A stretch of 64,000 nucleotides of DNA from Octopus sinensis (Eukaryota), in assembly GCF_006345805.1 (NCBI RefSeq), contig NC_042999.1, positions 72,602,001 to 72,666,000 on the forward strand, given 5' to 3'. Shown here piece by piece: positions 36,156-50,297 of the stretch. The notes beneath the pieces are model-generated. The model was not told where the DNA came from. It ran no database searches and was given only the letters and a program-made list of their open reading frames with translations. Made by a program: the position numbers and the translations under genes. Within the stretch, counting starts at the first letter, position 1. Each line of letters starts with the position of its first letter.

Positions 36156-37539
36156 TTATGATAAAGTTGCTTTAACTGAAACTCTACTTTTATGTTAGTT
36201 TTCTTGATAATTATGTTTTACAAAATAGGTTTTGTTCTGTAATTTTTCTTTTACATTCAGGTTTGTTGAAAGGCAGTTAAATTCAAAACGGTCTTTCAGC
36301 ACAAAAAGATTCCTTAACTTTGTGGTTAATAATACTTAGCTGATGAGGGCTCGTGCAATAGAAACATGTTGGGAGTTGTCACTATACTATCCAAAGATCA
36401 CACTTACTCCCCATTGCATTATCTTTTTAATTTGTAATTCGGGTTATCAACCCTGTCATTCTTGACCTGACTTATTCGTTAATATAATGAATAATTCTCC
36501 TTACTACGGGAGTAATTTTTATTTATAAATTTTATGGCTCAATGTGTGTGTGTGAGATATATATATATATATATTGACAAACCCTTTATTAACTAACGGC
36601 TGTTTGACGAATTTTACGAACTTCTATTGGGAACCCAGAATGAATGCGGATGGTGGTGAGATACTTGTACATGTTGCAGAGTACAGATTAGAAAAAGCTT
36701 CATATAGATCAATAGAAGACTATTACTTCATTGGAGAGAAAGCATCTGCAGACAGATGAGTAGTTGCTGTACTTAATATTATTGTTTAACCCCTAGGTCG
36801 CCCCTCAAAGAGTAAACCTATGACCAAAGCATTCTAACCGTGACTATCGCGGTTATTTTCTTTTACAGACACCCAAAAGAGAATTATCCAATGTGGTCTT
36901 TCTTTTTTTAAGAAATGTGATGTAATTTGAGAGATCTTGCTGCTATTTTGTAGCATGTTGAATGAGTCCCGTCTTATGGCATGGACACACTGGACAGTTG
37001 TCGGGGGGGCCTCACGGGTCTAGGGGCACAATTCTGACCTACGTATGCTGTGGTCTACTGTCAATAAATAAATATTATAGAACAGAAAACTGATCTGTCC
37101 GTCTTATCAGCATTATAGGCCCACATAGAGGATCTTACGTTGGTTCACCAGACCTGTTCTCCACACGTCTATGGCAAAGATTTCTAACATTTAACAATCA
37201 ACAGTCCAGTTTTTCCAGTTATAAATAAGTAAACCAAGAACTTCTTCGGGTTTGCTTATCTGTTAGAAATAGGAATTAAATCACCCTCGCATCACATTAC
37301 ACAGTAGTGGTTCTCATTCGTTTTGATTTTGTAATACACTGAAGATCAGATAAATGTTATTAGTGCTGCTGTGGTATCTTTAAGGTGGCGAGTAGGCAGA
37401 ATCGTTAGTACTTTGGACAAAATGCTTAGTGGCATTTCTTGCGGCTCTTTGCAATCTCAGTGGTCAATTTGTATTTCATCCTTTCGAGGTTGATCAATTA
37501 ATGATCTGAAGGGAAGCTACTGTACAAGAGTTGAGAGAC

Positions 37540-38030
37540 GCGTGGGGCCGTATCAGTATAAGATTTTCAAGCCAAGCATGACTGAATGCTTTGCTGATAT
37601 CAAGAATGACATTGCCTTCATCGAATTTCTCTAAGACGAAAGCTCTTTGGTCGGTGAGAGAGAAGTGTAGGTCACCCGTGGATCTGGCTCTATGGAAACT
37701 GCACAGGTAATCATTAAGGAAAGAGAGAGATGAGGAAATAGAGAGAGAGAGCGAGAGAGAGAGAGAGAGAGAGAGAGACCGATCATCGTTTTTAATGATT
37801 GTCTCTATGATTTTAATACTGGAAGCGAATGTGATGGAGCAACATTTGGCAGGATCAAAGGATTTACTTTTCTTGGGAATTAAGGCACATTATAGCAATG
37901 TTTCCAAAGGCCAGAGTATATTCCTGTAGAGGGTATAAGAAGTTTGATGCTTGGTGAGTATATGAGTAAGTTCTAGTAGTGCAGTTCTTGTGGGTACTGG
38001 AGTGACCTTATTAATGGCCTTGTTAAAATA
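37540..38030 (-). mobile_element. Decayed LINE RT fragment (Jockey/CR1 group-like), split by (GA)n
   Basis: Translations ALIPKKSKSFDP and STGDL...VILDISKAFSHAW resemble the IPKKG..DPSNYRPI and LDISKAFDRVWH motifs. Confidence 0.6.
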
Positions 38031-38828
38031 AATTACTATTTTGGTTTTAAGAATTTTTATCATTCGCACAGCGCCGTATATGTTTTAAATTCAAATTTAA
38101 ATAACTTAGCTTATTGTGTACGAATGTGGAGGATATGTAAAGACTGGAATGAAAAGAAGCGAGCGTTCACAAGTTACACTTGCATTGAGAATAATTGGTT
38201 AAAATTCGAAAAATTAAACTACGTTAAAGAAACGAATTACAATTTTCTCAAGAAAGCCAAGAGAAAAAAATGTTTCCTTGTTGCATTTTCTCTGAGATAG
38301 ACATTGTATCTAAGTAGCAACAAGAGAGTTTGTATGCAGTTGCTCGACCGGTAAAATACAACAGACAAATCTCCCTCGATTACACTGTATTGTTTTGTAA
38401 TCCTAAATATCCCTAAAAAGGCATGAGATTGCGTTGGAATGCTTGTTATTACAGACCTGTTTCATCAAACTTATCGTTAAAACATACTGAGTAATCCCCC
38501 TTGGATCACAATCACCTTACTATTCCATACATTTTTTTAAAAGTTGTTTGTGAGAGAATACAACAAAAAGTATGGTATTATTCGGTTTCCTCTCCTTGCT
38601 TTTCGAGTTCAAATCTCGCTGAGGTCTAGTTTGTCTTTCATTCTTTCCAGATCAAGAAAAGTACCAGTCTATTACTAGGATAATCTCTGTGTGTATTGGC
38701 GTGCCGTAAGTCTGGGTGGAGTGGTAGTTCATATAGGCTGGGATATAGAGATAAGTTGTTTAATTAACGCGATTAACGTTCAGTTTTAACTTTTTATGCG
38801 TTAATGCTAGGATGAAAGAATAGGAACG

Positions 38829-39124
38829 TTTGTGAGTGGATTTGGTAGACGGAAACTGACAGAAGCCTGTCGTATATATAAATTTATATGTGCGTGTTTT
38901 TGTGTTTGCGTTTGTGTTTGTCCGCCCTCCGCCCCACCGCTTGACAACCGCTGTTGGTTTGTTACGTCCTGTAACTTAGCGACTCAGCAAAAGGCACCGA
39001 TACAATTAGTGCCAGGCTTTAAGAAATAAGTGCTGGGCTCGATTTGTTCGACTAAAAAATTCTTCAATGTGGTAATCCAGCATGGGCGCGGTCTTATGAC
39101 TAAAACAAGTAAAAGAATAAAAGA
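38829..39124 (+). mobile_element. Family A SINE lacking its head
   Basis: gtgagtggatttggtagacggaaactga...cttgacaacc...aaacaagtaaaaga. Confidence 0.7.
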
Positions 39125-39454
39125 ATGTGTGTGTGTGTGTGTGTGTGGAGAAAGATTGAGAGAGATTGTGTTTACTGTTAAGACAATAGTGATTAATAAG
39201 TATCATTGTTTTATTTAGTTTGCAATTACAATGGAACCTATTGTTTTCTTTAGTGAGCTTCACAAATTACTGAAGAAAAAGTAGGGAAGACAGAATATTA
39301 AGTTTATTTTAAATTTATAGATTTTAAAGATGTGAATTACTAGTGGAAAATTACAATGAAAAATTGAACGAAAGAGGGCTGAATTTTACGTAGGTCGCAT
39401 AAAAGAAGCAGTTAAATGAATTTGGTTGGTTTTCAGAAATCTGAAATTTTACAC

Positions 39455-40260
39455 TGTTGGGTGACCATAACTGGGAGCAGTAGTCCAGGCGGCTGAGAAC
39501 GAATGTCCTCTAGAGGACCATCGTGGTTTCCTTCTCTCTGGTTCTGAGCGTTCTAGGGATCCATCCAGCCAGTCATCTGTACTGCACATTGTCGCCATTA
39601 ATGTGCACTTAGAAAAAGGTACCATCACTCATGTAGATACCCAGGTCCCCCACTGATTTAGGCTCTGGATTGTAATCTCCTGTGGACCAGTGTACCCTGT
39701 AAGTTTTATATTCAGTTTTGGATGCTGGTAACGCAGGGCTTGGAAATTTTCAGCATTAAACTGCATATTATTTTCCTCATCCAATCTGTAAATTGAGTCC
39801 AACTCCTGCTGCAGATATACAACATCGCTGGTGTTCTGTATTTTCTGCGAGACTTTCGTATCGTCTGCGTAGCTAGCAAGGGTGGCTATCCGGGCAGCTG
39901 AGGGCATATCTGAGAGGGCCACTATGAAAAGCAGTGGTCCCAAAACAGTGCCTTGTGGAACACCGCTCACTATTTGTGTTTTCTTTAAGGTGGCTCCATT
40001 GGCCACTGCTATCTTTCAGAAAGTCATGTAACCACTCTCCGAATTTTCCAGCTATACCAAGATCACGCAGTTTGTGGCATATCATACCAGGATACACTTT
40101 ATCAAAAGCTTTTGCAAAGTCAAGGTATATTACATCCACATTTGAGTTGTTGAGTAACTGCCTCAACACCCAGTCATAGGGCTGCAAGAGCTGGGAGAGG
40201 CAGCTCCTACCTGGCTGGGTATCATTCAGCAAGTTATTTTCTTCAAGGATTAGCATTTCT
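39455..40260 (-). mobile_element. CR1-clade LINE RT fragment, frameshifted
   Basis: GRSCLSQLL, VDVIYLDFAKAFDKV, SGVPQGTVLGPLLF, YADDTK, VLSRLDYCSQLW. Confidence 0.9.
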
Positions 40261-41886
40261 TAAGAAATTATTTTTAGTCAAGAAAAAATTTATATGGCTT
40301 TTCAGTCCACCAGTGGAATTGTTAACTTTAAAAAATATTCTAACTTTGTCCCCAGAACAAACGGTTCTTAGACTCTACTTCATTGCTTGACTTCTATATC
40401 TTTGAAAAACAGGGTAATGTTTTTATATAAATTATAACAGAATCAAGGGCAATAATGTTAGTAGATCAACAGAGTTATTTCCCTTATCACACGTGCCCTT
40501 AAAGTGACGTCTAATACGGAACTGGATATGACACCGTTTAATTATCCGCATAACTAACGTACATCCTACTTCGCTAGACATTTTAACTCTCTCAGTATTT
40601 TAACATCTTTTATTGCGCTTTTTACCATGTATCTGTGAGCTTCAATATCAGGTCTTACTGTTTAATCTACTTGAGGTAATCCCCCTCTCTTTCCCTCACA
40701 TTCCCTTCATTCAGCATCCTCTTAGGGTAAAATTTCCAAACTGCTTACTCCTCGGTGTTCGGGGGAATATATTACGCGGCTACCGTTCCGTATCTACTTT
40801 CCCAAATGAGTTCTTCAATTCACACTGATATACTGTTTTGCAATCCGAGACACCTCAGACCTCGTTGCAGAATATTGAGAACCCCCAATTTTCGGCTAAC
40901 CTCCGTGCTCTGAATACTTCACGTCTAGCTTTTCTTATAACTATCGTTTATTGTTTTCTGCCTACTTCACCGTTTTCTTCCATTATTTCTGGGGCTTACT
41001 CTTAGCTTTATAGTTGTTGTTTTTTTTTTTTTTGTATTGTAGCATTTTATTACCATGTCACCATCCTTCTTTTAATCGAGCCTTACTATGTCCATAGATC
41101 TTGATGTGTCTTACTGCAAGTTCTCTCTATGAAACTCTTTTGTCTTCTGTATTACAAGTTTATATCTCCTCCCCCCCTCTCTTCCTCCTTCTTCTCTACC
41201 TCGTCCTCCTCTTCTTCCGTCTCCTTTTCTTTTCCCTTCTCCTCCTTCTCTTCCTCCTTTTCACCCTCCCCCGCTTTATATGCGTCAGTTAGTACTTCTT
41301 GGGACCTACTTTTTACTAATGGCTTTTTAAGCTTCCATACCTTCTTTCTCACGATTCTTTGGTGTCTATATCGGTCTAGCTTTTACTCTGATCTCACTAA
41401 CTACTATTAATTTGGAATACCGGGGAATAACTTAGTATTCACAACTAGCTACAAATCTAATTTCCAGATGAACGTGACGTCTATCTGGTCTTTCCTGCTC
41501 ACTTGATAGGTAAGAGCTCAAGCGGATGGCCAGTTTTCTGAATTCAAAGCTGCAAATGCTTAAATCATTTTGATTCATGTCTCCAAGTGCTATGAACCAT
41601 CCATATTTTCTCGTATAATATACAAAGACTCCATGTACACCGATATATTCTTAATGGTACTGTGCTCAATATGTCAATTAAAACACTGGTACATATACAC
41701 ATTTACAATGTGTATACAAACGTGGAACGGCACCAGCTGCAATATCTCGTCTCAGAGAAAGTTCTTCAATGTCCATTTACGGTACCAGTCGTGATAACGA
41801 AATTGATGTCATTCGTTATCGAGTTAGTCTGAAACTGTTCTTTTGCTCATTTGTCTGTCTGATTATTGTGCATATACCTAGATAGT

Positions 41887-42161
41887 GGAGGCACATGGCC
41901 TAGTGGTTAGAGCAGCGGACTCGCGGGTTCGAATCTCAGATCCGTCGATGTGTGTGTTTATGAACGAAACACCTTAGTTCCACGCGGCTCCGGCAGAAGG
42001 TAATGGCGAACTTCTGCTGAGTCTTTTGCCACAACTTTCTCTCACTCTTTCCTCCTGTATCTTGCAGCTCACCTGCGACGGACCGGCGTCCCTTCCAGGT
42101 GGGGAACCTTTACGCCAAGGAAACCGGCCCTTATGAGCCAGGCATGGCGGGAGAAGGAACA
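41887..42161 (+). mobile_element. tRNA-derived SINE family D (V-domain-like)
   Basis: ggcacatggcctagtggttagagcagcggactcgc head and ctgcgacggaccggcgtcccttccagg core. Confidence 0.75.
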
Positions 42162-42464
42162 GACATATATACCTAGATACTTGTTGTCCATGACTATTCT
42201 AAGCTTAATGATTCTCTCATACTCAAACTACTAAATGTATTAATTTCTTTACCAACCATATACCTGTTCCAGCTACCCCAAGGCTGTTACCTACCCGGAA
42301 AAATTTCTACCAGTGTTCCTTACCCATTAGCTGTCTAACTGAGGTCCCCTTTTATCTAACTTCATATACACAGCACAAATCCACTTGCATTCACTCCAGC
42401 ATCTCTTCCATTTCCCTCCGCCATGCCAGCTTAGGTCTATCACATATGACAGGCCTAAGTTTTG

Positions 42465-43269
42465 GGATCTTTTCCTTTTGAACGATACATGTCAACACAA
42501 TTTCTAGTTAACTAAACACTTTAAAACTTCGTATACTAGTAGAATGTGTCAAAATAAAACATTTTTTTCTCTTGGCTTTCTTGAGAAAATTGTAATTCGT
42601 TTCTTTAACGTAGTTTAATATTTCGAATTTTAACCAATTAATTGCCTTTAATTGAGCTAAAATCATTTGCTGCGTCTAAAACTGAGACAGCATCCTGTCA
42701 CTAACCCTAACCCTCACCCTCACCCTCACCCTAGCCCTAAACCTAATTTTTTTTTTCTTAATTGTTAAATTAATTTAAGGATAACAATTAAGAAAAAAAA
42801 CGAAAGGCTAAAACGAAAGCAAAATAATTCTATAATTTTATACACACGCTTTCCGTATACGTACGGAAAGCGTGTGTATAAAATTATAGAATTATTTTGT
42901 TTGCTAATTGTTTAAATTATTTTCCATTGCTTTCGTTTTAGCCTTTCGTTTTTTTACACGCGTAACAATTAAATTAATTTAACAATTAAGAAAGAAAAAA
43001 TTAGGGTTAGGGTTAGGGTGAGGGTGAGGGTTAGTGACAGGATGTTGTCTAAGTTTTAAACGCAGCAAATGATTTTAGCTCACTAGAGGCGATTCATTGG
43101 TTAAAATTCGAAAAGTTAAACTGCGTTAAACAAACAAATTGCAATTTTCTCAAGAAAGCCAAGAGAAAAAAATGTTTTATTTTGACACATTCTACCAGTA
43201 TACGAAGTTTTAAAGTGTTTAGTTAACTAGAAATTGTGTTGACATGTATCGTTCAAAAGGAAAAGATCC
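42465..43269. mobile_element. Fold-back (fully palindromic) non-autonomous DNA transposon, Merlin-like, with internal telomeric repeats
   Basis: GGATC...GATCC termini; 8-bp TSD aagttttg (42457-42464, 43270-43277); ~400-bp arms meeting at 42858-42861; (CCCTAA/CCCTCA)n at 42701-42744 mirrored at 43001-43033. Confidence 0.9.
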
Positions 43270-43450
43270 AAGTTTTGTACCTGAGGTGAGATTCCGTCGT
43301 CCTTTTTCATCTGAAAGCAAGAGAATTTGTACGATCGTCTGCTGGCGGTCAAGTGGGATTTTTCACGTATGGCTAGATGTTCCCACTTGTTTGCCAAACA
43401 CATTTGTTAGCCCTGTATGTAACTGAAAATTCTCATTGATCTGACTATCA

Positions 43451-43488
<38 letters not shown>

Positions 43489-43490
43489 AT

Positions 43491-43533
<43 letters not shown>

Positions 43534-43564
43534 ATCAATCTCCCTCTGTCTATTTGTCTGCCTA

Positions 43565-43650
<86 letters not shown>

Positions 43651-43949
43651 AATCTATTCTTCTCTTTAAGGTTAGATGAGCTGGATACTTATTTTACCAC
43701 AAACCACTTTACAGAACGGGTGTAATACATTTTATTGTGTTACTCGCACAAAAGAAGCTGCCTAACGGTGTCTGATGTGGTTTGCAGAGCCATGGTGAGT
43801 CATACTCATGATATTTAGTGAATTGCTACCAGCGTAATGTTTGCACGTCGTCCCAACAGTGGGAGAATATACAACAATTTGTAATAATCAAGAGACCCCA
43901 CTAAACGACATAGTAATAGTCGCAAAAAGAAAAATGAAATAAGATTGTT

Positions 43950-44908
43950 TTTTGCTTAGCCCGAGAGCCGAGAAAAGTCTCTTGGGAATAAGTAGATTGA
44001 ATAAATATGTCATACTTTGAGAGAGAGAGAGAGAGAAGAGAGAGAGAGAAAGAGGTGGAGAGGGAGAAAGAAAGAGAAAAAGGGAGACAAACAGAGAGAC
44101 AGACAGAGACAGACAGACAGTGACAGACAGACAGACAGACAGAGACAGACAGGTTAGGCAGACTCATAGACAGAGAGACAGACAGACAGGCATACAGACA
44201 GACAGGCATACAGACAGGCATACAGACAGACAGACAGAGACAGTGACATAGACATAGACAGAGAGAGATATAGACAGACAGACAGGCATACAGACAGACA
44301 AACAGACAGATAGACGGGTAGACAGACAGACAGACAGGCAGGCAGACAGACAGACAGAGACAGAGACAGAGACAGAGACATAGACATAGACAGACAGGTA
44401 GGTAGGTAGGTAGGTAGGTAGGTAGGTAAGTAGAGACAGGAAGACAGAGATGGAAAGAAAGACATGTACAGAGAGAAATGGGACAAAGAGATGAAGTACG
44501 AAAGACATGAGCAATCGTCCATCGTCACAAAATATGGAACAAATACAAATACACAACTCGAAGCAGTCACAAAAAAATGATACTCTCGTAATACTGAAAG
44601 AAAAGCTGAGAGAAGTAACGACTCGGCGTAGTTGAAAACCGAGCAGACGTCTCCCTGGGAAAATGTGGAATCCTTAACTACGCTTGGTTGCAAGTATAAA
44701 TGTACTACAGAAGTTGTGTGGAAGAGAGACACAGAGAGGGAGAGGGGAGAGAGAGAGAGAGAGAGAGAGAGAAGGAGAGAGAACTGATGTATGTGTATGT
44801 GTGTGTGAGTGCGTGTGTCTGTGTGTGCGTGCGTGTGTGTGTGAAAATAGAGGGAACGAGAGACATCAGAGCAACGTTCACCCATACCACATCTCTGTCA
44901 TCAATGTG

Positions 44909-44972
<64 letters not shown>

Positions 44973-45230
44973 CTCGCGCGCACACACACGCGCATAGATA
45001 CTTGTACACACTCACTCACTCACACACACACACACATACATACATACATAATACATACATACATACATACATACATACATACATACATACATACAGGATG
45101 TCATAAAATAGGCCGTTGATGGAATTCACTTTATATGTATGTATGTCCGTATGTATGTCTGTATGTATGGATGTGCGTGCGTATGTATGTATGTATGTAT
45201 GTATGTATGTATGTATGTATGTGTATATGC
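43950..45230. repeat. Compound microsatellite field (GA, GACA, GGTA, TA, CA, CATA)
   Basis: Direct reading; accounts for the low-complexity ORFs in this interval. Confidence 0.85.
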
Positions 45231-45521
45231 ATCAACGGATATTTTAAAGTTATTGACGGATAATTTTCAGAAATCTATGGGTGTGGTTATTAATACAATA
45301 GAGATTGGTCACTCTTCTCTTCTTAAAAAATAAATTTCGAATATAACCTTACACACGCACACACAGTCATATGCACACATACATACACACATAATGTATT
45401 TTGGGTGCATCATTTGGCCAGTAAATACACACGCTTTGGTTCTAGTTCACTTCTATTTAGTATTATTAGTCAACTAGTTAGATAGTTAACCCCTTGTGGG
45501 CAATAAAGAAATAAGAAAATC

Positions 45522-46510
45522 ATGGAACAACAGAATCGTTCCGCCACTGTTGTATTGACGCGCGCCGGGCACACTGCCAATAAAATTGTTGAGTTGACGA
45601 AACTTTCGAAAGCAAAGATTTGTCGTGTGTATAAACAATTTAAAGAAGAGGGAAAGGTTGATAGAAAAAAACACAAGACCCGAAGTGTTTCCAAACGCAA
45701 TCCAAAGTTTCTCGCTGGCTTCAAACGCTCGATCTAAGCCAACCCGTTCACATCCATAACAACTCTTGCAACGAAACACAATGTGTCCCTTTCCACGGTG
45801 TCCGGAGCTGTGAACAGAAACCTTGGGATGATTAACTATGTTCGACGACGACGTTACCTCCTAACAACCAAGGCCAAAGCAATGAGAGCCGAGAGATGCC
45901 CAAAGCTTCTGTCACTCATCAAGCACCAAGTTGCAGGAAAAACTCTCGTATTTGTGAACGAGAAGTTCACTATGGACGCTAAGGTGAATCGCAGAAATTC
46001 ACGAGCCATAGCATACAACTGTGTTTGAAACTAAGAATCCTACCTCTGTGATGGTATTTGGAGCCGTGGCGAGTGATGGAAATGCCATGGATCCACACTT
46101 CATTGAGTCTGGCTTGAAAATCGGCACAAAGGAGTATCTGGACATCCTGAAGAACTCTCTGTTACCTTTGATGGAGCAGAAGTTTGGGCTTAACAATGTG
46201 ATACTTATCCAGGATTCTGCACCATGCTATGGGTCAAAAGCAACACAAGCCTCCCTTGGTGAGAAGGTGTCAGTGAGGGCCAATATCTGGCCCAGAAATA
46301 GCCCAGATCTCAACCTTCTCGATTACTTTTTATGGGTCGTACTTCAAGCAAGGAGCAACGTTTCACCACATTCGACTGTCAACAGTTTGAAGACCTGCAT
46401 CGAGCATGCGACACGCAAAATCAAAAGTGAGGAGGTTGCGGAACTGGAAAAAACTTCATCCTCGTGAGGAGGCAGTAATTCCCCCAAAGGGCGGCCATAC
46501 TGAGTGATAA
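45522..46510 (+). mobile_element. maT/DD37D-like transposase pseudogene
   Basis: HTH N-terminus, VMVFGAVASDG, LIQDSAPC, IWPRNSPDLNLLDYFLW, GGH(T)E* end; internal stop and frameshift. Confidence 0.85.
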
Positions 46511-47167
46511 ATGTTTTTGATATATATATATATATACGACTGGCTTCTTTCGATTTCCGTCTATCAAATTCACACACAATGCTTTGGTCAACCCGAGGCT
46601 ATAGTAGAAGATATTAGCCCCAGGTGCCACGCAGTGGGACTGAACCCGGAACCATGTGGTTGGGAAGCAAGCTTCTTACCACACAGCCATATATATATAT
46701 ATATATATTTAAGACAAAAAGGTGACACAGGAAAAACAATGGTTAAGTATTGAACTTCATTAGCTTGCAGCTATTTCTGCTGTAAGATTCAGTGGAGTCA
46801 CAGTCAAATGCCTGAATAACATCCTATAGTTTCATCGGAGCCTCGAATATGAAGTGCAATTTATTTGGGGAAAAAATTAAGAATTACATTTATGCAATAT
46901 GTAGGGAAGGCATTACCAGTGAGAAAGTCATGTATAAAAAAAAGTATGTCTAAAAGACAATTACATTTACAAGTAGAAAAAGCAGAAAAGAATAAGAAAA
47001 AATATGTATATATACACATGTGAAAGTACGCGAAAAATCGCACGCAGACACACAGTCATACACACAGCGCAGAGATACACATGCATACTCACATATCTAC
47101 TCACACCCTCACACACTCACACACAGACGTAAATATATCATTGTGTGAATATATATATATATTGTGT

Positions 47168-47221
<54 letters not shown>

Positions 47222-47499
47222 TGTGTGTGTATGTTTACATATATAGATATACACAAATGCACGTATGAAATACATATCCACAGACATACATATACACACT
47301 AGATAAGCGCACAGAGAAAAAGAAAAGAGAAAATAGATGGAAACAGACAGAGATCGAAACATACACTCTCAACTCTATTCATAGGTATATGCATACATAC
47401 ATACATACATACATACATACATACATACATACACCTCCCCCCAAAAAAACACACCACATTCGTATGCATTATAGATATATACACACGCATATGTAGATA

Positions 47500-47586
<87 letters not shown>

Positions 47587-47869
47587 ATATGCACACACAC
47601 ACACACAAACACACATACATACGCAGACGGAGACGTGCAGAGAGAAAAACACTTATAGAGACACGAGTAGATCTGTACGCACTGAGATACAGATTAGTGA
47701 AAGGAGAAGGAGAACAAGAGTGTGTAACGACATTAAGATTATTTAGGAGACGAAGGAAAATTTTAGAACATTTGGACAAGGCGGTGATCAGCGTGTGTGT
47801 TTGCGCGCGCGCGTCTGTGTGCGCCTCCACGTACCGATAAAGGGAATTTGAGGAAGTGAAAAGATAGTG

Positions 47870-48490
47870 TGGCAAAAAAGGATGATAGTGATGTGCTCTT
47901 CCTGATAAAGGAGAACCTCTAGTGATAAACGAAGAACCCCACCATTCAACATCGCCCTGAACATCAAAGGCAAGTGCTTTTTCCTTTTCTTCGACTCATA
48001 GGTCAATACTTAGAGGGGTGTCATCTACTCCTGCCATTTTGGCAACTTTCAACCTATCTTTCTATAAACTCGCTGGAGGACAGAACCTCCCACTGTATCC
48101 TCATTTTTCTTTTCAAGTGAAAACAGCTTTACCAGCCAGATTAAAGGAGGGCGGCGAAGCAATCATCACTATGGACTCGACCAGTGGATGGATCTGTCCT
48201 ACACTCGACAGCCCATAAGTCAGCAATACTCAGATACTAAACGAGTGCATGCAAAACGGTTTCGTCGCTCTGCACGCATCTCGACCATGCCCATCAGACA
48301 GCACATCCATGCCTGTGGAGTTTATCTCGAACCGGTAGTACCCCTCGGTAGTACTGTCAGGCGAAGGACTTCTGGAAATTATGCATGGCAGCCCCCGACC
48401 GGAAAGTCCTCCGGAACAGACTAGCCAGTTAGTTATCATGGATGCCCAGAGTCTCCCCGAGTATGTCGTCATACTTCCTCTCCACTAATC
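47870..48490 (-). mobile_element. L1/Tx1-clade LINE 3' fragment (zinc-binding domain region)
   Basis: NFQKSFA*QYYRGVLPVRDKLHRHG...SRCVQSDETVLHALV is a zf-RVT-type motif. Confidence 0.7.
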
Positions 48491-49009
48491 CTCTATATAT
48501 ATATATATTGCTAGACTGGAACATCCACCGATCTCATTGCTCGATTAGTAAAGGACTGTGAGCACCTGACGACATTCTAGGTGCCAGGTGCCCAGTTTCG
48601 CCCTTTCATTCATCCATGACTACAGCACCGCCAAGGAAACGTGTTACAGAAAGACGATCCACACACATTCGCCGATGATCCAACACAGCATTGAATGCAC
48701 TGGGAATAGAACCAAATGATATGAGGACGAATCCATAGAAAGAAACAGTGTAGAAATAAATAATGCGAACGATGCAATTATTCGTGAGCAAAGCAAAATC
48801 AAATACTCAGATAAGCAAACCAGTAAGAACCTTCTAAAAATTCGAAGCTTCCATAAGTATAAAAACTTATCAAAATAAAGATGCGGCCTTGAAGTCATTG
48901 CTAAACGAAATCGATTATGACATAACAAATATAAATCAGGCTTTCTATGCTACAGTATTCGCAGCATATAAAAGATTAGGAAACAAGATTAAGAAAAGCA
49001 AACCTATCA

Positions 49010-49170
49010 AGCACAGGATATAATATCTCCATTGGAAAATCTGCTATCACGATAGGAAAGAAATGTCTAAGAACTGGTATGAACACCTTCCCCAACCACT
49101 CCCTGAGATTGGCCACATTGCCATTCTCTAGGATTTTACAATTCGTACCATCAAAGCAAATCGCTCATAT
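49010..49170 (+). mobile_element. Decayed R4/NeSL-type RLE fragment
   Basis: YLHWKICYH...KNWYEHLPQP...IL*DFTIRT.KANR, homologous to the domain at 53635. Confidence 0.65.
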
Positions 49171-49314
49171 TGGGTAAATTATTATTAATGAAAAATATTA
49201 TATTTTCATAACAGACAATTTACCAATGGGTTTCATACAGGGAGTTGATGATAGCCAGGGTTTTCTCAAATCCCGACGTGAGCAGATTGCTATTATGATA
49301 ATATCAATATATTA

Positions 49315-49466
<152 letters not shown>

Positions 49467-49962
49467 GATATATACATAATACGCTACGTGTTTTTGTACA
49501 TATATATATATTTTGTGAGTAACACTTTAGCGTTTGAGGCTGCTGAGTTTGTTCCAGTTTATAAGATTTACTTTCTAAATCATTCATTATGAGCTGGAGT
49601 AGTTCTGTTCATTTTTTTTTCTTTTGCATTTGTCTCAAAACGCATAATGAGACAGTGTGAAGTTTTTTGTTTTTTTTTAATTATCCAACAGCATTTGTAC
49701 TTCCTTGCTTTACCAGCGTTTCTACTTAAGTTGTTGCTTGTCTTTCGTATTCGAAGGTTCATTCCACTTTTTAATGCTTAACTAAACTAATATAATAAAA
49801 TACGTGTTTCGCATCGGTCATGCTGGCAGTGGAAAACTAAAACAACAAACGGAGTGAAAGTGTGGGGCAATCAGAGATGCTAAAACAGACGAAATGTTGT
49901 GAGAAGTTTTACTCAGAAGTCATTGCGCAGATTTTTATAGTAAAAGATATTTACTTTAACAA

Positions 49963-50032
<70 letters not shown>

Positions 50033-50099
50033 GAAATTACACATTCTTTTCTACTCAAGGCCTAAAATTTAACAACTGAAATTTAAAAAAATAAAAGGT

Positions 50100-50259
50100 T
50101 TTATGAGTGTCTGTGTGGTAAAAAGTTTGCTTCACAGCCACATGGTTCCGGGTTCGGTCCCACTTCGTGGCATCTTGAGCAAGTGTCTTCTTCTATAGCC
50201 TTGGGCTGACCAAAGCCTTGTTAGTGGCTCTGGTAGACGGAAACTGAAAGAAGCCCGTC

Positions 50260-50297
<38 letters not shown>

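Larger units (their letters stand above)
40640..43430 (-). mobile_element. Very decayed RTE-like LINE (endonuclease and linker region) hosting a SINE and a fold-back element
   Basis: Scattered translations (IRKARREV, NEV..., GFVLC..S.IKG) resemble the RTE EN and linker; sequence resumes across the insertions. Confidence 0.45.

Noticed and set aside
41101-41410. Glu/Lys-rich and Leu/Phe/Ser-rich ORFs
   Set aside because: Low-complexity purine/pyrimidine tract.
42701-43033. Telomere or chromosome-fusion site
   Set aside because: The tracts are short and internal to a TSD-flanked palindromic transposon.
43792-43800. Plus-strand ATG|GTGAGT as exon 1 of a paralogue
   Set aside because: No TATA box and no signal-peptide exon found downstream.
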